Part shown: one piece after another, positions 38,260 to 49,393 of the stretch
Position numbering within the stretch: the stretch's first letter is position 1
Layout of the letters: each line of letters opens with the position of its first letter
Assembly (NCBI GenBank): GCA_050084985.1
Contig: JBITNC010000001.1
Coordinates: forward strand, 82,708,001-82,772,000
From: Nageia nagi
Taxonomy: Eukaryota; Plantae; Pinophyta
Length of the DNA: 64,000 nt
Direction: 5' to 3'
Program-made: the position numbers and the translations under genes
The notes under the pieces: model-generated
Databases searched by the model: none
The model's input: only the letters and a program-made list of their open reading frames with translations
What the model was told of the DNA's origin: nothing

Positions 38260-40638
38260 TGTTGGAATATGATGCTGACCATGTGGCATTTGTGGATTAA
38301 CAAAACAAATTTGAAACCCTTTTTGTAACTGTAGAATAAAAGAATATGTAACAGTAGGAATAAGTCAATATGTAATAGTTGTGAACTATTACTTTACATG
38401 TAACAACTTAGATTCTTTAGTTTTGAATAGTTTTAGATAGTGTAACAACTATTCCATTCTATTGTACAAGTTTTCAGAGTGTGTAGACATGAATTGAATG
38501 TGAAAAATCCAATTTTCTAGCCTGCTGAATTTTCTGGTATTGTGCAGTTCAAATTTTACAAAAGTCTAAACAATCTACTTTAGAACTTTATAACTTTTTC
38601 TGTGTTGCTTCATTTGTAGAACATGATACACCGTTTGAAAGGTCACACCAAGCTCTTTCCATCCATATATCACACATATTATTTTAGTTATGTATGGTGC
38701 TTGATTTTCACCTCTGAAAATCATGTCTTAGTTTTTTTTGCCCAAACCTTGGCACTTTCAACACTTTAGTGCTTCTAAACCTGAAGTCCACTATTTGATA
38801 TTTTTACATTTTTGGATACCTATTATTGAGTTCTTTCCAACCATATTTTGTTTGCTTTATTCTAAGTTCATTTGGTCATCTATTTATCAACTTTGGTGCT
38901 ATGCTCTGTTAACTTTGGTGCTCACTGTTTTGAGCTGTTGTGCTTCTGCTGTTTTGTCTTAAACTTCATTTGGTATCAGAGCCTTGTTTGGAGGGTTAGA
39001 GTCACCTATGGTCTTTCTAACGATTTATTAAGTTGTTTTGTGAGGATTATTGCAGGATCCTTGCTTGTTGGGTGCAATGGCCAATAACACTAACTCATTG
39101 CCAATCCTTGAGTTTGATGGAGCTGAATATGAATGCTGGAGCATTAAGATTAGGATCTTGCTAATCTAAAAAGGTCTTGGGGATATTGTGAAAGATGATT
39201 ACATAGAATCAACAGATTGGAGCACACTTGTAGCAACAAGTAGACAAGCTAGGAAGGAAGCACAAAAGAAGAATTTCATGACTCTTTACCATGTTCAATC
39301 AACATTGGATAAAAGTATTTTTCCAAGAATAGTTGGTTGTAAAACAATTGCAAATTCATGGAAGGCCTTGCAAGATGGTTACCAAGTGAGTGACCAATTC
39401 AAGCAAGCGAAATTGCAAACCCTAAGAAGAGAGGTTGAAAATTTGAGAATGCAAGAGGTTGAAAGTGTTGATGACCATTGTGTGAGAATGAATGTTGTCA
39501 ATAAAATGGCAACTCTTGGAGAAGAAACTTGAATTCTTGATTTTGGATGTTTCAATCATATGATAGGAAAAGGAAATGTGTTTTCTTCTTTGGATCATTC
39601 CTTCAAATCCAACATCAAACATGGAGATGACAAGTTTTTGGAGGTGGCTACCAAAGGTGTAATGGAGGTGAACACCAATGAAGGTAAGAAACATGTTCAT
39701 GACATCTATTACACCAAATTTAATACATAATTTGTTGAGTATAAGGCAAATGCTGGAAAAGAACTACAAGCTAGTTTTTGAGGATAAAAAATGTGTCATT
39801 TATGATTAAGAACTATGGGAATAGACTGGTTACTACTGTTCTTATGATCAACAGTAGGTTGTTTCCTTTGAAATTTGGGGGACAAGGGCCATCCTTACTA
39901 ATATTACTGTTGAAAAGAAGAGTTGGTTGTGGCATCTACGGAATGGTCATTTGAATTTTGCAAGTTTGAGGCTGCTAACTTCTGATGAAATGGCTTATGG
40001 TTGGCCAAAGGTAAAAGACCATAAAAGTGTTTGTGAGGGGTGTGCATTGGGCAAGCATTCTAGACAATATTTTCCTAAAGGGAAAGCATAGAGGGCCTCA
40101 TACTTACTTCAATTGGTCCATTATGGTATTTGTGGGCCTATGCAAACCAAGAGCTTGGGTAAGAAATTTTTTTTTCTTATCTTAATTGATGACTATTCAA
40201 TAATGTGTTGGGTTTACTTCTTGAAACATAAGGATGAAGCATTTGCTTGTTTCAAAGATTTTAAGAATCTTGTTGAGAATCGAAGTGGTTGTAACCTTAA
40301 ATGTTTAAAGACTGAAAGTGGTGGGGAGTTTTGCTGTCATGAGTTTCTTCAATTTTTCAAAGATAACAATATTAAAAGGTAGCTCATTGCTGCCTATATC
40401 CCACAACAAAATGGAGTGGCAGAGAGGAAGAATAGGACTATTGTTGATATGGCAAGGAGTATGTTGCAGGCCAAGGGTTTGAGCAATATATATTGAGCAA
40501 TTTAGTCCAAACAATATCTATATTTTGAATAGGAGTCCTACTAGTAGCTTGGAGAAGATGACTCCTTATGAGGCTTAGTATGAATAGAAGCCCAATGTTA
40601 ACTACTTCAAAGTTTTTGGTTGTTTGGCTTATGTACAA

Positions 40639-42452
40639 TGTTGATCTAGTGGAGACACTGATAGGGGGGTGAATCAATGTATTTTGAAATTTTCAAACTT
40701 ACTTCAAAGATAAAACTAACCGACAATCAATCTGAAATTAAAACACACATTCACAAAGCATTCAAAACAACACAAGATTTATAGTGGAAACCCAATGTGG
40801 GAAAAACCACTGTGTCAAATGGGCTGCTTGATCTCCCAATCAAATCCAGCTAGAATGGTTGACCTCTTACAATATTAGACAGCGCCCATTGTCAGGATTA
40901 GCACCCACTAACCATCTTTCGCAGCAACCATTGCAAAGCAACTACCACATCAAACTAAGCACCCACTTAGCTTTTTACAATCATAAAAGTGACATATGAA
41001 ATGCCTTCGCTTTTGCAGAATCCTCAATGATTCATGTTTATACAATTCTACTTTTCTGCTGCTTTTCACTTTCACACTACTCAAAACATACTACAATTTT
41101 TCACAAGGATCTTCTTAGTTCTTCAGACTGCAACCACTCACTTTATTATATAACTACAACCACTTTTTCAATTTTGATCACCTTACAAAACCCTAATTCC
41201 GTTCACAATACTTTCTTCTTATTGGTTGCATGTTAATCTCTATGTCTCATTGGTTGCATGCGTCGGTTATACATCGTTTACTGCATGCAATCGTCGATCT
41301 CTAGATCTCATTGAGATATGTGCTACTATCCAGGTTTTCCTCCTGTTTTCCTGGTTATTGTTTTATTTCTGGCCGCATAACCACCTTTGTCAATGCACAA
41401 TGCTTTAAACAACTACATAATATCTTCTCTGTCCGCATAACGTATTGGGCATTCGCATAAAATTTTTTGATCTTTACCGCATAACATACATTTCCACTGC
41501 ATAACACAGTTTACCACCGCACAAGCACTTAATCTCTCCGCACAACACTTTTTGCACTTGTCCGCATAACACCATTGTTGACCGCATATGACTTGACCTC
41601 ATCGCATAAGCTTACTTTCAACCGCATAGGTCTTGATCTTGCCGCACAAGGGCTGTAATCTACCGCATAACCTACTACATCTTTGCATATCCTGCTTCAA
41701 ACTTCGTATAACACCTCCAGCCACACTCAACACACATGCAGTCCCTAGATTCACATTCCGACAGTTTCTCTCTCGATTGCCATGCTCAGTTTTAGATGTC
41801 AAGCTTGATCAAAGATGTCATTGACTGTTTTCCACTACATAACACTCCTTTTGCATGTAGGACATGTCCACGATTGTTACACCATGAAGTTCATCATCAT
41901 TATGACTATTACTTGCATCAGTGTACTGCTTGTTAATTCCGGCACTTTGCTTGTTTGCATAATGCTTTTGGCTATATTCATCATGCATGCAAAAGTTGAC
42001 ACAAACCTCGTTCATGCAATGTGGCACTAGATCTCTGTTAATCCTGCAATCCAAAACATCAACTCCCTTTCCGACACTAAATCTTCCTTAATGCATAAGT
42101 CTGTTTGATTTTGATGGAGATCTGATAGAATTAGAGTGGTCGAGTTTCACCGAACTGACAACAAAATATAATACGTTATAGTTGGCCATTTTACTTCTTG
42201 TTTGATTTGGACAGAACTTCGACACAATGTTGCCAGTAAATACTGTCGGAACTCCGACACAATATGTTCATTCTCTTCGACACTTGGTAAACATGTTTTC
42301 CTTGGTAGACTTTGTACATGCCTTGGAATGACTATTTGAACACTTCTCATGCATTCGGCACTTCCAGCACAACATTTTTGCATTGAGGCCTATTGGCAGA
42401 CTCCTTTGACAACAATGACAACACCGACACAAGCATAAGCATATGGCCAACA
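40639..42452 (-). mobile_element. Sirevirus-like solo LTR (~1.8 kb) nested in the copia integrase
   Basis: TGTTGA...CCAACA interrupts GCLAYV|HVVDELRKKL...FVGY; imperfect TSD tacaa/cacat. actgataggggggtgaatca is the reverse of the C-rich terminal signal. 5' end resembles 33964. Confidence 0.88.
41373..41711. repeat. Phased array of 17 CCGCATAA-like 8-mers at ~20-bp period with unique spacers
   Basis: Motif starts: 41373, 41393, 41413, 41433, 41453, 41477, 41497, 41517, 41538, 41562, 41582, 41602, 41622, 41642, 41663, 41683, 41704. Confidence 0.88.
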
Positions 42453-45260
42453 CACATGTGGTTGATGAACTTAGGAAGAAGCTTCATCCTAAGAGTGAAG
42501 CATTTATTTTTGTTGGTTACTATGAGAACAATAGGGCCTATAGACTTTAGAACCCAAAAACTCACAAAGTGGTGGTGTTTAATCATGTGCTTTTTGATTA
42601 AGGGAGAGTAAATGGTCATAAAAAAACTTTATTTTGATGATGGCAACAGTGGTGGGAGTTCTCCAAGTGTGCAGCTCAACCTTCAAACAATTCAACCAAG
42701 TCCACCAACCAGCCCTTCAAAGAGTCCCAAAGAAAGCACTTCAAGTGTTTCTTCAAGTGATGATCCTCCAAACATCTTTTCAGATGTGATGAAGAAATAA
42801 AAGGGGAAAGAGACACTTCAAATTCATCCTCCTACTTTGGTTTTGGATATCAATTTCCATAGAAGACTTACTACAGGTTGAGCTCAAGAAATTAATCAAG
42901 TTGTTCATAGATATGAGAAGATGCACATGTATGGTAATGAAGATGAAGGTGAGCCAAAAGGGGATGTTGTTAATTATGCTTTGATGACTATTGCTAATTT
43001 TGAACCTTCTTGTTATTAAGAAGCTTGTATTAATGGTGTTTGGATGCAACCTATGCATGAAGAGATCAATTCCATTGAAAAAAATGATACTTGGGAGCTT
43101 GTAGAACTGCCCAAGGAAAAGAAATATGTGGGTTCCAAGTGGGTTTGTAAGACTAAGTATAACAATGATGGCAACATTGAAAGACACAAGGCTAGACTTG
43201 TGGCTAAAGGATTCACACAAAGGTATGGAATTGACTATGAAGAAATATTTGCATCTGTAGCTAGGCAAGAAATTGTGAGAATGGGGCTTTCTTTGGTTGC
43301 TCAAAATGGTTGGATTGTACATCATTTAGATGTAAATAGTGCCTTCTTGAATGGGTGCTTGGATGAGGAAGTCTATGTACAACAACCTCAAGTTTTTGAA
43401 GTCAAAGGTAAAGAAAAGCATGTGTACATGTTGAAGAAGGCTTTGTATGCCCTTAAGCAAGCACCAAGGGCTTGGCACACCAGAATTGATAGATACTTTC
43501 AATAGAATGGCTTCAAGAGAAGCAAAAATGAACCTACTCTATACTTTAAGAAAGAAGGTTAGGATAATTTTGTTTATATGTATGTTGATGACTTGATTTA
43601 AATGGGTAGTAGTTCCAATTTGATGACACTATTAAGGCTATCATAGTGAGTTTGAAATGAAGGATTTAGGATGCACTATTTTCTTTGTATGGAGATGCAC
43701 CAAAGTAAGGATAGAATCTTCATTTGTCAAACTAAATATTCAAAGTATATGTTGAAGAAGTATGGCATGGACAGTTGGCATGGCATGGATAGTCCTTACT
43801 CCCATTGCTCATGGCAAGTTCTTGTGCAAAAATGATGGGGCTGAAAAAGTGAATGGTAATTGAGTATAAGAGCATTGTCAGGAGCTTAATGTTTCTCACA
43901 AATACTAGACCAAATATAGCATATGCTGTTTCACTTGTTTCTAAGTATATGATTGAGCCATCTCTCTTGCTTTTGAAGATTGCTAAGTGAATTTTGAGGT
44001 ATGTTAAAGGTACTGTTGACTTTGGCATACATTATTCTACTACTGAAGAGGTGGATTTAGTTGGCTTTAGTGACTCAGATTGGGGTAGCATCTTGGATGA
44101 TTGGAAGTCTACATATGGTAATTGTTTTTCTCTTGGATTTGGGTTGATCACTTGGAAAGGAAGCAAAGATCAATAACATTATCTTCTACTAAGGCTGAGT
44201 ATATTCTAGTTACAACAATTGCTACTTAGGCCTTATGGCTTAGGAAAGTGTCGGAGGAGATAGGTGAGAAACAAAGTAGTCCCACTATAGTTTTTTGTGA
44301 CAATATGAGTGCCATTCAACTGGCAAAGAATTTTGTCCACCATAGTAGGTCTAAGCATTTTTACATTAAGTATCATTTCATTTGTGATATGGTGGAAAAG
44401 AAACATGTTGAATTGAGATATTGCAGCGCTTATGATCAACTAGGTAACATATTTTTTAAAAGTGTGAATAAAAATCAATTTCTGAAGCTGAGAACTCACT
44501 TGTGAGCCCTCTCAGCATCAAGGAGGAGAATGTTGGAATATGATGCTGACCATGTGGCATTTGTGGATCAACAAAATGAATCTGAAACTCCTTTTGTAAC
44601 TGTAGAATCAAAGAATATGTAACAATATGAATAAGTCAGTATGTAACAGTTGTGGATTGTTACTTCACATGTAACAACTTAGATTTTTTAGTTTTGATTA
44701 GTTTTAGATGGTATAATAGCTATTCCATTGTATTGTACAAGTTTTCAAAGTGTGGAGATACGAATTGAATGTGAAAAATCCAATTTTCCAGCCTGCTGTA
44801 TTTTTTGGTATTGTGCAGTTGAGATTTTACAAAAATCTAAATAGTTTACTTTGGAGCTTAATAATATTTTCTGTGTTGCTTTGTTTGTAGAATGTGATAC
44901 ACTGTTGGAAAGGTCTTACTAAGGTCTTTCCATCCATATATCACACACATTATTTCATTTATGTTTGACGCTTCATTTTCACTTCTGAAAATCACGTTTT
45001 AGTTCTTTTTGCCTAGACTCCAGTGCTGCTGCCCAGATTTTGGCGCTTCAGTTCAGCATTCTGACGCCTCAAATCTGAAGTCCAATATTTGATAATTTAC
45101 ATTTTTGGACACCCATTATTCAGTTCTTTCCAACCATATTTTATTTGCCTTATTATAAGGTCATTTGGTCTTCCGTTTATCAACTTTGGTGCTCTGCTTA
45201 GTATCTATGGCGCTCATTGTTTTGAGCTGTTGACCTTCTGCTGTTATATCTTAAACTTCA

Positions 45261-45940
45261 AAACTTCCCTTCTAGCGTTAAATATCTCATTACCAACATG
45301 ACCACCCTATCCCAAGGTTTTGAAAGACATTCCTTACAATGCCTGGTTGTAACCAGCAAAAAGTCTCATCATCTTTGAGGAATTTAGCAAGCTGCTCCTG
45401 TTGATTTATTTTCTCCCTCAAAACTATGTTGTTTGCATCCCGACATTTCAGAGTTGGGCCGAAATCGTGCAAGTAAGGCACACCCACTTCCAGGAATCTA
45501 TTATCCCAAAAATCCAAGAGTCTTGACACAACCAACAACGAAATGATATCATGGTCGGCTCTGAAGTAATCCAGCTCCGTTTGGACAAGGTCTCCCTCCA
45601 TTGTGATACACCAACTCTGTTTAAGTTGCAGAGAAGGCAAAGCAGAACAATATCCAACCCACCCAAGAAACGATAGATATGCAATATCCTTCATAGTAGT
45701 TAGTAGTCGAATGACATATGGGAAGCCAGGGTGCCCTCCCCACCTGGGGGTCATTATTACTTGGTGCGGGCAAGTCATTTCCAATGTTGTTTGATGATTT
45801 CCAACACCTTTCTGCTTCACATGGTACCCAACAGCATTCCCAATGCCATGGCTTCTCACGAGCCTCCCCCATGAGAAATGAAAAGGAAATGTAGACTTCA
45901 GAAGAAAAGAAAATGATAAAAAAGATTGTTCTTGGTTCAA
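45261..45940 (-). mobile_element. 5' half of the accessory-ORF retroposon split by the copia insertion
   Basis: ATG at 45601 MEGDLVQTE...KFLKDDETFCWLQPGIVR/(frameshift)CLSKPWDRVVMLVMRYLTLEGKF, continuing in frame at 38259 after removing the copia and one TSD. Confidence 0.75.
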
Positions 45941-47234
45941 GTTTATGAATGCGTGGATTTATGAAGTATAAACTTCTATTTTTAATTTCTGTTTGTCATA
46001 CACAGTTACATCTTGGTAGCTGCATGCCCTATTTTCAAGATTCTGGACCGGATTCTTTGTACCTGCACCTTACTTAGCCCAGCACTTGCCTGCCAATATA
46101 GTATTTCACATTGAATATAGAAGCTATAAGGAATATATTCAGGACAATCAAAATATTCTACCATAGAAGCAAAGACTGTTTGTAGTTTAATAAATGACAT
46201 GGAAGTAATTTGTAATATATAGTTTTACTTCTTTGTGCAGATCACATCCCTTTTTTATATACAGGAGTTTGATTTTAAAGCATCAGGCAAATTGAGAGCC
46301 TTAAATGAGGGCATGAAATATATAGCTATATCTGTTTTATATGATTATACTAGATGCTTGAAGGATATACAATCTCAATTGCTTTGATTATTCAATGTAT
46401 AATCCCCTCGTCTTCTGTCTCTCAGATTAATAGCTTTCAAGAAATACAAACATTTAAATTCAGTCTCATGTTTGTATGAAGCTGACCAGTTAAAACATTG
46501 CTGCACAAGTAGTACCTTAGCTAGAATGAACCAATTTATTGGCCTCTCAACTGTGTTCTTCTTTGTTAGGTTGGCAACATATAATTGATTGAAAGTAAGG
46601 TCTTTTGATGAAATTCAAAACAGGATTTTGTTGCCAAGGAATTGTCATATACGAGTTAACAATAAGTGATAGTCAAATTTAGGCACTAATTTTCTAAATA
46701 TTCTTTTTGCATTTCTTCGGTGGGGGGTTTTGTGCATTTCTAGGATAATGTTAGAATGGATTCATGTTAGAGGAATCACTGTTTCTCAGGTTTTCATGTA
46801 GAAGAAAAAATAGCATGCCAAGTAACTTTTAATAGGAAAAGCTCTGAATGTTTGAAATGCTTGCCTGTGCTAGCCCGTTTTCCCATAGAATATGGTTCAC
46901 TCAATGTCAGAAGATCACAAAGGTGATTATGGAGAAACTTTATCTGTCACTACTGTAGAAATTCTAATTATGCTTTACGTTATCTTACTACTTACAAAGA
47001 TCACATATTGCCAACAAGCTGCTTTAGCTATCTTTTGAGTAGGTAATCACAACAGGTTTGTAGCCTAGGGTTTGTGAGCATGCTATACTTTAAACTTTTG
47101 ATCAGAGTAGGAATATGCATTCTCCAATTCATCATTTTGCTATTGTTGGAAGCAATGCATGCAAATCAGTGAAAAACACTGTTTACAGTTGAGAATTGAG
47201 ATAAAAGTAAGAAGAGGCCTTGCTTACTACATTG

Positions 47235-47597
47235 CAAGGTTGTCATAGACTGGGGGACGGGGTTCCGGGGACGGTAGGGGATGGAGACCCGATTTTAGGA
47301 AATGCTTGGGGGATGGGGCTTGGGGATGACAAGTATATAAAACTAAGGAAAATAAATGATACATAATCATCCATTATGCAAAAACCAACATAATCATTAT
47401 TCAAAATCTAACAAAATGGATAAATGCATCGTTTCAGAACAAAAAAGTTATATAAAAACTAACAAAATGGCTAAATACATTCTACATTCTTAATGAACAG
47501 TAGGAAACGTCCCCTATGGAATCCCCAAGTTTCTGGGGATGGCAGGGGACAGAGACAGGAATTTTCATGTTGGGGTACGCGTCCCCTGACAACCTTG
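47235..47597. mobile_element. hAT-type MITE (363 bp)
   Basis: 11-bp TIR caaggttgtca/tgacaaccttg, perfect 8-bp TSD ctacattg (47227-47234 and 47598-47605), clustered subterminal ggggaY/cgtcccc motifs. Confidence 0.93.
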
Positions 47598-48268
47598 CTA
47601 CATTGTCATGCCATGCCCTTTATCAGAGATTTCCAGATGCAAGTGAATATTAGGACGATCTTTTCCATGTTAAGTTTGTACCGTACATAAATCTGTTTTA
47701 CATGAATGGAAGATCTGCATTATCGAATAACACATGAAAAAAAAAATTGTTTTTGCTTGAACATTAACTCGTTTTTTTTGAAATATAGTATAGTGACAGG
47801 GAGCCACGGGTTTTTTTCTACCAATCGGGGCTCTTCGTTAATTTGTCTGAAGTTTTGCTGGCCAAAGTTGGTTGGTGTAGATTATTTATGCTCAAGTTGT
47901 ATCAAGCGCAATTCTCTTAAAAGAGAGGCTGCTTGGATTAACTTCATCGTATTTGTATGTTGGCTAGGAAAGACATTTCTGAAATAAAACTAAATTATAA
48001 CAGTAATCTACAATATAGAGGAGGGGAAAACAGAACTCAAGTGAAATCTTAAACCGTCTCTATTATGTAGTCTAATCAACTGGCCTGGCACTTTGGTTCC
48101 CGGAGGTGATCAGCATGCCAAGGATGATGCATAATATAAAAGATCCTTTATATATTATGTAGAGTAGCAGAGCGAGAAAAACAAAAAGAATATCCAAGAA
48201 ATACTTTACATTTCAGTTTACTATAAAATAGATTATTGTACAGCCATTAATATTTCATTTTTCATCAG

Positions 48269-48516
48269 GCATGAAAACAATGATGAAATTGTGCAAACAG
48301 CTGAGAGCTGAGACTTGTATGGTTGGAAAGAATAAAAGGCCATTAGAAGGTACATCTGCAGCTGGGGAGAGTGTTGACAACCAGAGTAACAAGCGTCAAA
48401 AGGAAGACACAACTCAGGAGACATCCCAAGGGACATCTATTATAGGCGGTTCACCAATTGGATGGAACTTTATTTGGTTTATGAACACTGAAAAAAGGGC
48501 TACTTCCACAGCATAA
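48269..48516 (+). CDS. Uncharacterised plant protein exon 3 (last coding exon)
   Basis: Pyrimidine tract catcag|GC completes Gly. MKTMMKLCKQLRAE...GTSIIGGSPIGWNFIWFMNTEKRATSTA*. Total CDS 540 nt = 179 aa. Confidence 0.85.
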
Positions 48517-49393
48517 ATATGCAGGCAACTTTGCTGGTTTGCTTGACAGAGAAGAAGAGTTGACAATGGATTGTTTTTGCAGAAGATATTTTTGATAACA
48601 TTTCACTCAGCATAACCAGTGTATGATATTGCTGAATATATTTTTCATAACATTTCACTCAACATTTCATCCAGGATGCGGTAATCTGAATGAGGATGTT
48701 AATTATATTTTGGTCTGTAAGCAAGATATGCGACCATCTACCTTGGCAGAAATTGTTTCCTAAATGTTTTTGATGCCAGAAATTGGGTCCTAAGCTTCTG
48801 GAAACTACTATGATTTTTGCAAAGTTACTTTGCTATTGATATTTACTGTCTTCCTGTCAGGATGATATAACATGTTTGTTGATAATTCTGTCACCAGACA
48901 TGGATCTATGATCTAATCTACTTGAGAATTGTATTGTCATTGATATATAGGTGTTTTCCGCAGAGATCCTACAATACTATGCTCGTGGTGATGATGTTAT
49001 CTAAAATGAGTCTGATAATTGAATGTACATATAGAACCATTTAGGTAAGGTCATTTACAGATTACATCTGTTTAATTGGTTTTGATGTGAATTCCTTTCA
49101 TTAGTTTTAAGTTAGACTTGTGAATAATGGACTATTGAACACCTCTCGTCTTCAAAGGTTAGTTCCTGGAGAACAAAACATGGATGAGAAGGCAATGCCA
49201 TCTGTGATTAACAATGTTGGGTACATTAGTGATAGAGAAGCTCAGCGTTGTGAATTAGACTGGTGTCTTGATTTAGATGGAATTATGTTTTAAGTAAAAT
49301 CAAATCATTAATTTTATTTTGATTTTGTAATTAATTATTTTACATGCGGGTGTATAATTATGTTATTTTATAACATAAAATTGTTTAATGCAA

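Larger units (their letters stand above)
38260..45260 (+). mobile_element. Full-length decayed Ty1/copia element in intron 2 (LTRs 38260-38968 and 44531-45260)
   Basis: Matching LTRs (about 15 differences in the first ~146 bp by hand count), TSD aaatt/aaact, PBS TGGTATCAGAGC at 38971-38982, PPT aaggaggagaa at 44520-44530. gag from 39076, protease ILDFGCFNHM, integrase 40105-40600, RT 43044-43990, RNase H 44060-44505. Confidence 0.97.

Noticed and set aside
41027-42453. Many short ORFs as an env-like or captured gene
   Set aside because: All lie within a solo LTR and show no protein motifs.
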